From Phoronis australis (lineage: Eukaryota; Animalia; Phoronida): a stretch of 64,000 nt of DNA. Shown in pieces: positions 11,301 to 23,300 of this stretch. The stretch spans positions 715,353 through 779,352 of the forward strand of contig NMRA01000167.1 of NCBI GenBank assembly GCA_002633005.1, written 5' to 3'. The position numbers and the translations under genes were made by a program. The notes under the pieces are model-generated. The model was not told where the DNA came from. It searched no databases and saw only the letters and a list, made by a program, of their open reading frames with translations. Position 1 is the stretch's first letter. Each line of letters begins with the position of its first letter.

Positions 11301-14300
11301 GATGACAACTATGATGACTATGAGTATTATCTGACGGTGAAATATTTGTAATTTTATTCCACAGTTAGTAATTTGGCATTGGTGTCAAAATATAGTATTT
11401 TTTTAAACCTTTACGTGACTAATTACTTGGTAGATCACTACAAGGTCAATTTAATTTTATTAGAACTGCAGTAATGTTTACTGTAACCCTCCTGGTACGG
11501 AAATTCGTGAGTGGATAATGAAGACCTGCATGTTCGACATCTGCTCACATTCTGATTACCCCTGTATACTGTTAGTGTTTGTGAATAGGCTCCCATAGAC
11601 AATTCATACAGGCTACAGTCATGAAGAGGTTATGGCCATTGTCTAGACTAGGGTTCTTAATGTGCGACTGACTTCTTAGTCTTAGAGTGACTGCGTTGGT
11701 TCTGAACAGACTGCAAAATTTGTTAACGTTCACAGTCTTGGCTCTTCCTGGAAGTCGGAGCTAACATTAGAATATTGAACATCAGTTTCCGGATAAACAC
11801 TGAGTTATATTTTGTTTTGCAGTGAGAAAAGTGTCCCAGGCAAAGTTTTTGTGCTGCTGTGTTTATAGTTTGTTACTATTTTCATTGTTCTATTGGTCCA
11901 ATTAATGTAAAGACATAACAACATAATGCAGACCAATAAGAACAAAGCGTCTTCTTCTGGAACAGATCCTGCCACTCACTCATCCTTCACTGAGCAGCAC
12001 ATTCAGGGCTTCACCTTTTCATCTTGGAGCCTGGGTACTCCTGCTATCTTCTTTGCTCCGTTCAAGCCTATACAGAGATACATCGAGAAGAGCAGAAATA
12101 GGAGAAAGGAAGAGATGGAGTCCCTATGTGGCTATAGTGTTGTTGATGGAATGGATTGTTGGGAACCGGCTGAGGATGGATGTCAAATGCTTTTGGATGA
12201 ACCGAGTAAACACAAGAGGCAAAAACGAAGAAAGGGACTTGGTTTAAAGAGGAAGTTGAGGAGACTGATGTGTTCGGACACCAAATCACAAGCCAAGGAT
12301 TAGTCGGATTAGTCTTTGGTGGCACTGAAATTGATTCATTTTCCTGGGTTAGCTGGTTCAACCCTTTGGAATATTGTGACTGCTTATTGAGCATGGCTTC
12401 TAGCTTTTAAACTACTCAGATACATTGTATATCTGAAATGTTGTTTTTGTAAATCATTTATTCCTGATTTTCAACTGTATCCATTTTCTGTAATAACAGG
12501 CATGAAATCTGAAATACAGCTGTTAAACACTTTAATCATTAAATTTTTAATCAGGTGAATAGTCAGTTTGTCCAATTGCAACAGATTGTTATATTTCGAC
12601 ATCGTACAATATTAATTATGATAGTTATTGAAATGTTGTGATTGTTGATTTAATTTAGAGACTTCATAAAGTGTTGTCACCAGGATTTTTGAAAATTGTA
12701 GGCCCCACACTCAAATTTTGACCTTCAATTGTTAGTTGACCCCCATGCTCCATTTTTATTTATTGTCATGAACCAATTTTGAATAACTGCTGGCAGTGCT
12801 TTTCAATAGTTCACACATCGTGTGAAACGTTGAGTCACAAGTCTTAATGAATTTTTTGCTGTCAAAATCTTTCCATTTTTAGGGAGCCACACTCATATGT
12901 AGGGTTGGCTGGCACATTATGCTGTAATCCTCTCCGTTCGTCTGTCAATCCATGAATCCATCCGTTCTGAGGCTCATTATAGATCTTCAGTTAAGTTCCT
13001 TGATTGAACTAAATGAAATCTATATATGTCAATGTTTCATTGTTCAACTGAAATGTATTTTTGGTATAATTCCAATAATCGTGTTATGCTCTTGTGGCAA
13101 CTTTTGTTTTTCTTTGCATGCTTTGATATATAAAGTACCTAGTTCCTTGCTTGATATTGATGCAATTGGCATATAAGTTACTATTTTAAAAGTAGGTGAC
13201 AGCACTTGCCTAATGTTTAAGATACAATGCACCCCCTAGTGGCCTTTTGTTGTTTTTGGTTATGTTCTTTGTCTCCCACCTAAATTTTTTCCTCCTGCTA
13301 AAGCTTAGAGTATAGTGAACAGTAACATCAGTTGAGAGCATCCCTGTGACCCCACCAGTACCATAAATCACCAAATATATTGAACTGCTTGCGTTAACTT
13401 TGTCTATGTCATCACTGATGAGAATCCCTTTTACCTAATTCAAACGTCTATTGAATCCCCTATCCAATTCTTTTCAACCTTTTGTTGTTTGTGCTGGGGG
13501 TCTCGCAATGACGCAATGGCACGAAAAGGCAACTTTGACACTTACTTGACGTGCCTACATTTACACGTTTTTTAGTTTAAGGCTTTGCCCAGGAATATCT
13601 GGTTAGCCCTATAAATCTAACAAAATTCCAATGAAGTTATGCTTTAATTTCATTGTATGATGAATTGTGGGAGTTGTGTTTCTATCAAGGAGAAGATAAC
13701 TGACTTGCTTTTCATCGCATGCAGGTTATTGTAAGTTTACTAGCAGTGTAGGTATAACTATTTAAAAAAATATACTTTACAGTCAAAATGACGTTTTTAG
13801 ATAGGTTATGTCTTCTATTGTTTACCTGAATCCTCTGAGCACTCATTGTCTCAGAGCTCCATAAAATGTCAATCCCTCATTGTGGTTGTGTTGGTCACTC
13901 GCGCTGGTGCAGCTGGCCAAGTTGGTGCCACATGTGTTTGATAGGGTTCAAGTCTGGGCTGCATGCAGACCATTCCATTATCTGTGTACTCCCACGTGGC
14001 GCAAATGGTCTGTCACAAGCCTAGGGGTGAACTTTGTCATCTTGGAAGGTGGAATTAGTTCTCATACGTTGAAGAGTAGTGATTGCCTCTGACTGCAGGA
14101 TGTCGTCTCGGTATTTTTTTTAAATTTAGGTTGTCATGAATGGTGGTGACATTGCCTGGCAAAAACGGGGAAATTTGCCACATTCACTTTAAGACTAAGC
14201 CTTCTTTGGCAGCAAAGTTACTGAGCACTTTTTATCAAAAGTTTATTGACAAAATGTAGGATTGCTGGAAAGGGGAATGGCGGAGCTTTCTACTGGTATG

Positions 14301-17300
14301 CTGTAGGATATAAATAAACCATAAGTAATGAAAACACGGACAAGTTTACACAATTTTCCTAGCTTTTGTTGAGGTGTTCATATTGCTTTACAGTCAAAAT
14401 GACATTTTTAAATAATGTTTACCTGAATCCTCTGAGCAGAGTTCAATCATTGTCGGGAGAGGTCCATAAAATATACATCCCTCAAGTGAAATGTGGTGAC
14501 TTGGGCAGATAGCTGATCAAGAAGGAACTTAGTACATAATTATTATTTTAGTTTTTTGTACACAACTGAAATGTTTAGTTTCCACATCTGATTTTATGTT
14601 TGGCAGAAATGCGTGAACATTTCTCAGATGACTGTGTACACCTTACTCGCCAAAGTCACAGACAAAAATTGACAGCCTCTCACTTGAAATTGTCAACATT
14701 TTCTACCAGAGTAGACTAGAGTTTCAGTCCTCCGTCAAGGTTAGCATAAACCTGTGGATTCCCCTTTCTCATTAATTAAATTATGTGAAGTTATGTGCTG
14801 TGATTCTTTTCTCATCCACTCAGCTCCTATAAATGCCAACATTTCCCCATGAACTCTGAGAGCAGAAAAGCAAGGTTTATCATGCCTAAAGTACAGTACG
14901 TCATCTTCAGTAGCTGCTGTTGCAGTAGTCATATTTACTGTGGTCCTGGTAATACAATAGTCATGGTTGCATACAGTCAGCATGCCCGTGTTCTTTGACA
15001 TTATGAAACACATCTCACAGTGTCCATGCTAGGGTAAAATTTTACTAACTTCAGACCAAAAAGATTGGCATGGTTGGTATGATTGGCGTCCATCCATTTG
15101 TTTCGCGTCTGTCCCGGGTCTGCAGCTGTATTTCCTAAACTGCTCGTAAGATCGACATGAAATTTTGGAGATGTGTGTTTCTATGAAGGTGATGATGAGT
15201 TATGACGACTTTTGTACAAAGTCAGCTCTGATATTTTCCATCTATAGAGTAAATTCCACTTGGAGACTATAGTTAAAACTGTCATGCATACTTCTCTAGT
15301 ATCCCTGACTTTTGGCGGTCTGCGTTGTTCCACTTTTTTAAGATTTCCCGTTCCACCACACCATCATAATATGCGCCACTTTTTGACAGACGTGACAAAA
15401 TTTACAACTGTTTGCCTATTTTTGGACAGTTCTGACTTTTGCTGTTCCCCCTAGTTGTAGTTGTATTGGATAACATGATTTCTAAAGTCTATTTGTCAGT
15501 TTACTCCAATCTGTTGGTCTGTTTACATGACGAATTGTTTCTGTCAGCCATGTCTCTTTTTGTCTTTAGGTGTTACAGCGATTGCACAGGTATCTGGTAC
15601 TGTGATGGGAGATTGCATTGTCCCTGGTACATATTGCGGTTTGAACATGGTACCTCTCGCTTGTCAATCGTACTCTTTTTAGGAATGCTATGACATGTGA
15701 AGATGACCTGGGAAATGACTGGCCTTAAAATGCTGCGCCAGTGGCAATGAGTTAAAGACTAGTGTAAAACTAATAGATTTCAAGGATGGTGTTACTAATA
15801 ACATCACCTCAAAATTTGCAGATATCTTTATTGGACAATAAAGTGTTCATTTTCGATGTCGGCCTCTGCCATTAACCCTTGCATGGTTAAGGCAGCACTG
15901 GCATGGATTATTGGATGGATCTGATTGCTGTTGTGATGCCCTGATTGTAATTTAGTTCTATTTAGAGCAATTACCAGAAATGCATTTCTCAATTTCCCAG
16001 GTGATGACGACTGCACAATTAAGGCCCCTATATCTTTGCCATTTTTCTATCAATGTCTTTTATAATCCATTCAGTATGAGTATAATATAAAAATAAAGAG
16101 CAATGTTTCGCCAGCGTCCGCTGGCTTTTTCAAGCCTGTGTGACCTCTGGGGGATTAGGTTGGAGTTGATTAAATCATCAGGTGCGTGATCGATTGAATC
16201 ACACCTGCCGGTCAGGACTCTGACTTAAGTTTCCCACCAATTTGCTCAACTCCGACCTAATCCACCAGAGGTCGCACAGGCTTGAAAAAGCCAGCAGATG
16301 CTGACGAATTGTTGCCCTTTTATTTCAGATAAGTTAAGTAAATAACGACTCATAATTTTCTGTGTATTTGTCATCTCTGATGCACAAGGTTGGGTGCAGG
16401 TGAACAGCCTGCATTGCCCTTAATTCCTCAAAACATTACCTTGTGCTATGTATAATATGTTATGGGAAGGTGGAAGGCTTATAGGAGTGGGTAATACATT
16501 TGTAAAATCCCACTGAATGGATGTTTAAGCAATTAAAGGAGAATGCCACCCGATTTAATTAGACATTTTTGCCGTCTTAAGCAGTCTATATCCACATCGC
16601 CTCGCACACGGTCGATCTTACCTTGCCAAGAGGTGTCGCGTTAAGCTGTGAGGAACATGAGAAACGACGCTAGCGACGTCAGTGGTTCATATGCAGAGAG
16701 AATGCCGCTGTGTTGTGGTGCATCGTTCCCGCTTGTCCGAACTAGGCAGCTGTGAAGAAATCGGGTATATCGGGTTTTTTACTTCCTCGAGAGTCCGAAA
16801 TGTTTGGGAAGTGGCTCATGGTAGTGAAGAATGAATTGTACGCTGTAAATAGCAAGTATGAGGCCGTGAAACAACTCCGTGTCTGTGGCCTGCAGACATC
16901 GACAGTGCCTGACGGAATGCCGGCTTACCGGCCAAATAACTCCATACGTTCCGTTGTCTGAGCTAGTTCACGAAGCCTCTCTAGTATTTCTTCATCACTG
17001 TATTCCTGTTCGAATTGATAGCCTGTAAAACTTAACGATCCACCTGCGAAGTCGGGACTGATGAGCTCTAGCTCGTCCTAAGTTGGGATTGCGAGTTGCC
17101 ATGTTGGTATTTATTACTGAGCGTTCTGTTTTTAAATGAATTATTCTCACCCTAACCAATACTTACATAAAACTGAAACAAAGTCTATCTCATTAGATGC
17201 AGTTTGTAATGCCTTTGGAGTGTTCGTGAGTGCAAATGATGTGAGAAGCCAGCAATGAATAAATCACTGCGTTTCCGGCTTTAGGTGCAATAAAACCAAT

Positions 17301-20300
17301 TGACGGGACACCGCGAGGCCGTGTGAGCTCATGCTAATTTAGTGTTTGCTGGCAGAAACTGTTGTGAAACAACTTGATTTCCATCCCACGGCCAGGTGCT
17401 AGGGGAATCTTTATTTACATTTACATTACTCAAATAATGATTGTCAATGTACAACAGTTCTGACCTAACGGGGCTGTGGCCTAAGCGGAACCTGACTTCG
17501 CGCGGTCCTCGACGAGTAAGTAGATTTGCAGTTTCATGGCTAATTCACCAACATAATCGTGTGCACACTACAGTATAGTATTTTCTTGACTGGAAGTTTA
17601 GTTTCCACTGAACTTTGGCTGGTTTATGTTCGTGATGTCTGATCAGTTTCCGAGCCACTGGCTGGGATAACGAGTCAATCCGGCCAGCCGCTACGGGCCA
17701 GATCGGGTTCCGAGCCACTGGCCAGGATAACAACCATTTTGTGTTTAGAACTCAAAAAATCACAAGTCTAAACAACACAGATCTAGGTTCTCCTGTCTGT
17801 ATCTCATAATAATTGTATCAAATTTTTGTAAAGCAAGACAAAACTTAAAGTAAATTACAGTATCTCTCCATGTCTGCTAGCAGTTATTGCTCAGGTTTTA
17901 CATCACCCGATTCTATAATCATAGTTACTGTTTTACATCACCCGATTCTATAATCATAGTTACTGTTTTACAAACAGTTCGTGCATTAATGACTCCCTGT
18001 GATGGAGTAAGTGTTTGTCTCAAACCACCAGTTTGAAATTTGGCCAAGACCACATCTGCCTTTTGTCAGAATATGAGAGAAGGGGTCTTGCCTGAAATAC
18101 TTTTCGGTGTGCTATTTTGCGGCTGTCGCGTGATTTTCAGACATTGGTTGTCCCCTTGTAGCAGTCAAAAGATCCACCCCCGAATTTACTTTACAGATGC
18201 TGCTCAAAGGTACATAGAAAGAAAACTCAACAAAGCTAAGCACTTTGTGGCGTCGAGCAAAGCATGGCTGAATGCAATACCTACGAAGGATACAGACGTC
18301 GTAGTCCTGTTTCCGCCATCGACCGATGACAGCACCCTCGAGTGGCTGTTATCGAAACTGAAGTCTCGAGTTCCAGCCCTACAAGTGCAAGTTGTGCAAC
18401 ATGGTAGCACCAAGACGTCTGCCTTTTATTTGACTACTTCCTATCCAGAGTAAGTGGTTCAAGCTATTGAAACCTGGTTTCCGTGTAAAATAATATCTTT
18501 GTTAGGTTTCACACCATTGTGAAATAGTCTTGCCTTAATGCACTCTCATATCAAAAGCGCTGTTATGTTAATTGGTTTGGGAAGAATGGAAAATGGCGCA
18601 GGACCTGAGACTGAATAAGTTGGTTTGCTGGTCAGGTGTTCCAAGAAACTGACTTAAAAATTCCTATTTACTTAAGTCTAAGATTAAGTCAGAAGTCAAA
18701 GTTAAACTTAAGATTTTTTGTGTTTTGTATTTTTTGCTGAAGGAGAGTGAACATTTAAAACCTGAAAAGAATCCATCAGGCTGGCTGCCTGGAGTCTTCT
18801 GTTCGAATTATAATTATAATTATACTCTTACTTAATGATTGGCTAACAAAACTGCGTGATCTTATTTTATCATGTCATTGGATGATACAATCTGATCATA
18901 GAAATTTCCAGAATTCTTACATTACACAAAACATTGGTTTTCAAAGATCCAACTGCTCAGAATTTGAAGAATGCGTACTAAGTCTACTTTACGGGTTTTG
19001 GGATTGTCTCCCTGTAGCATGTTTTCAATTTGATTTTTTATTTCAGCGCTTAGTTGTAAGCTTGTTATTTTATGCGATTTGACTAAGTGACTAAAAGTGA
19101 CTCGAGACATAAGACATTTGATCTCAAGCTTCACTCCAGTTTCTCAGTTGATGAAGAAAGATTTAGCAAAGTAGTTGTGAGTTCACAGTTTAGGAGTAAT
19201 TTTTAGAAATGATCTGATTCGTTAGCAGTTATTTTAATTTTCTCAGAGTCCTTAGACTCTCGCACAAGAGAGATTCAACTGTTTTTCAAAAACAGTTGTG
19301 CGGAGTGTTATACCATATTTCTGACTTAAGTCTTATTTCACTTTTCATGAAACTGAGCCTTGGTGTCAAAAATATCAGTTCTTTCTTCTCGGGCATATAC
19401 TTGCTCTTCCCTTTAGGAACATCCTCATTCTTAATCTTATACTTTGCTCAATTGAAACTGACTACAGTTTCACCCCCAGATATCCCCTGAATGGCAACTG
19501 AAACAAACCCGCCACAAAACAATGAATTGCCAACATTCTTTTGAAACCTGGAGTAAGGAACAAGATGTGTGTTTTTAAGGAGAAGCGGGCAGGTTTAGTT
19601 GCACCTTTTCAAGTGTTTTGCGACCATGTCTTGGGGTCCCTTTGATATTGGATATTGAAACTTGTACAAAAAAGTGAATTTTTAAGTTGGGCTTTACGCA
19701 GTGCAGTGTCTCGTGTCTTTAGTTTGTTGCCCCATATGATATATAAAGTGCATATGGCGTATGCAATTTCTCATTTTCAAATATTTGAATGAAAGGAAAC
19801 CTTACAAAGTAGCTAAGTTTACTTAAGTGATAACAACTGTAAGAATTTGTGATGTTAACTTGCCGTGTTATCATATAGCAGCTCTATGATAGGCAAAAGG
19901 ATTGCTCAACTTTCCAATATTTCAAGGTCAATGTTTTGACCCTATATTGCTCAAATTTTTAAAAAAACGTTGATTTAGAATGTTCATCAGATTCCATAAA
20001 ACAAGAATGAAATAAAGCTTGCTTACTATAAAATTTTCTGGGTGCATATGACAAGATAGTGCCCATAAAATTCCAAATTTTCTGAAACAATACTGTGTTA
20101 AAAGTGCAACAAACCTCTCACAGCTTTTGTCATAAAACATCCTTTTTTTCTTTTTTTAATTTTTTTTTTAAACATTTTATTTCTAAATACACTAATATTT
20201 ACAAACAATAAGATCTTTCCAAATGAAACACAGGCACACACACACGCACACACACACACATATCTAAATTACAGAAATTCACGGTTGGTCTAAAATAAAT

Positions 20301-23300
20301 AGGCATTGATGGTTTCCCAAAAGGCAGTTTTGCGGGGTTGTATATTCCTTACTTTACAGTAATTATACAAGAAACATTGAAATTGTGAATATTTAGGAAT
20401 AATCTGGCTTCTAGAACATTTGTGGATGAAATACTGGCAAATAGTTAATATGGTATTGATATCTTCAAAATTACATCCAAAATATGCTGTCAGAATAACA
20501 TTTCTATCCAAGACTAAATCGTGTTGTGCAGTTACGTAAATTAAAAGTTTCTGAATTTCACACCACAAAGTTTTCACAGAACCACATTCCACAAACATAT
20601 GGTTAAAAGTCTCAACAGTTCCACAAGATGCACACTTGTCATCACTGACTAAGTTCAACTTTTTCAAAATAAGTTTTGTAAACACTTTTCTATGAATATA
20701 GAAGTACTTAAAGGTTTTAACATAAGGAGGTAACAAGAGTTTGTGTGGAAGAACATAAATTTGTTTAATTCGTTGTCTAGAGTAAATGTCAGTTAAGCTG
20801 TATTCTATATCAGGAGGCAAAACAATTTTGGAAAGCAAAATATTTTTAGAAAACAAATTAGTAATTTGGCTTGACTGGGGATGTATGCATTTTGAAATTG
20901 AAGGATCAGCTTTCAACTTAATCGCACGTCTCAAAGCAGCATAATGAATCCAATTTGAAAGCTTATATCTATTTTTCAAAACCTCCCAAGTCAGAAATTT
21001 ATTTTCAAAGTTCAAACATCCTTTTTTAGTTTGGCCACTGACCATTGTAAAATCGGTCTGGTCCTATCCTTTACCGGGATTGGAAAACATTTCTTGGCTT
21101 AAAAGAAACTTATTTAATAAGAATTTGTTCCTGCCTCAGATCATGCTCAATAGTTAACATATCACGAGAGGTTCATTTCAACAGCAAAGTGGGTTTCAGT
21201 GAAATACCAGGCATTTTACTGGTAAGTAAACATAAATTTCTACAATGGAAAAATGTAGAGTGCGGTGACGTTTCTTTGAAAAATCAACAATATGCCTGTG
21301 AAGAAATAAATATATTTTTTTACTTGTCTAGCATGTTGAATGGTGGCTTATACAGTCTTGGCCATTATATGTACAATGTCTACTTATTTAAGATTTCTAC
21401 TAAAGGCTGAACAGCTTGGTTTTCAAAAGCCATTGAAGCCAGAGTTTGGGGGAGGCTATCGCGAGTTCTGTTTCGAAGATCAAGACGACTTCCTTGGCAT
21501 CGAAGATGCTAAGCATTTCCTGTCAAGCTTAGAGAGACAGACTATCATCCGTGATCTTCTAATGGGACTCAAGGCACAAGCTGGTGATGAGCTGGGGAGT
21601 ATCACCTTTTTGGAGGAACGTGCAATCAGTGAGTTGCATTCGAATGTATCGTTTCATTCAATGATACTTCATTGTTTTTACCCATTGACTTCTGAACAGA
21701 TATGAATCACCTGATTGTTTGTTTATCTCTCAGAATACTGTTTGGTTGATGAGGGCAAGTGGAATTCCTTGCTTTGGCGACTGAGTGAAAATGTAATTCG
21801 GGATTGCCGAGACGACATGCCATAGGTCATATACTGTGTTGACGTAATCAAGTTGTGCACTGTATGAGTAACATTGTATGAGCTAGGCCAAAACATTTTA
21901 GAGCTGACCTTCGACAGCCAGTTGCTTTCCAAAGAATAGTTTAATTTGTCTTTTTAAAAGTTGGCAAATGTTTGGAACGGTGTGAGTGGTAAGCTTTCAA
22001 TGTAGCTTCGCACCTGTTTTCCAGCTGGGTTTCACCACAACGCCAAAAAGCTAGACTTAGTTTATTGGAATTTGTCAACCATTTTGTGTGACTGCTGTTA
22101 GTGGCAGTTACATTATTTCTGAAGTGCCTTGTTACCTCAAAGTGTACCACTGAAAGTCCATAATCCTATTGCCACCAGTGCTCCTGTTAGTCTCAAACTC
22201 AGATTCTACTTAGCACTTAAGTGTGGGGAAGATCTCAAAAGTGATGCACTTTGGTCAGATTTTTACCAACTAAACGTTGAACTGATTTGCATGCATATTT
22301 CAGCTCTAAATTTTTCTGGTTTTTCTCTCATTGTCTTTAGTTTCACCAGACAACTTTGTGATGCTAAAAACATCATACTTGCTTGTTACTCTCGCTTGAG
22401 CTTGAAGAATCTCTTTATGCTTTTAATCCCACTGAATGAACCTACTTAATGATTGCTCAGAGAGCATCATTTTACCCTATGCATGCCTCAATGTGCAATG
22501 CCTCTCTGAAAATACAGTCACGCAATTTACTAATCTATGACTTGCAGCAATGTTTTTTGCTTGACTCTTGGTGATGAATAGTATTTTGGGTAAATACCCG
22601 GATATGCTTTTAAATGGCCACTCTCAGCACTGCTGAGGTCCTCACTGTCAATTCACTTTGCATCTATCAGGGTTGTTCCAGTAAAATCTGTGTGGGAGGG
22701 GGGGGGGCAGNTGCTTTTAATCCCACTGAATGAACCTACTTAATGATTGCTCAGAGAGCATCATTTTACCCTATGCATGCCTCAATGCGGAATGCCTCTC
22801 TGAAAATACAGTCACGCAATTTACTAATCTATGACTTGCAGCAATGTGTTTTGCTTGACTCTTGGTGATGAATAGTATTTTGGGTAAATACCCGGATATG
22901 CTAAAATGGCCACTCTCAGCACTGCTGAGGTCCTCACTGTCAATTCACTTTGCATCTATCAGGGCTGTTCCAGTAAAATCTGTGTGGGAGGGGGGGGGCA
23001 GCAGTAGAAATAAAAATTCATGGGTGGTGGTCTTCAGAAAAAAAAAATATGGGTGGTCATTCCTGTAAGAAGTGATGTATTAAAAATGGGTGGTATTTTT
23101 TGACCTGTTAATGTTGACAGGTTGGTTACTTCAGCTGTCAAAACTCAAAAAAATGCAATTGGCGTATATGCTAACATATCCCAATACAAAAAAGCCCATA
23201 TTGCCAGTGAACAGAGTGCAATATGTTCACTAAGCCATTTATCAAGTCATGGGCAACTTGATTTGAGCGAACTGTTTGTCTGCAGTCCTATTGAATTGAA

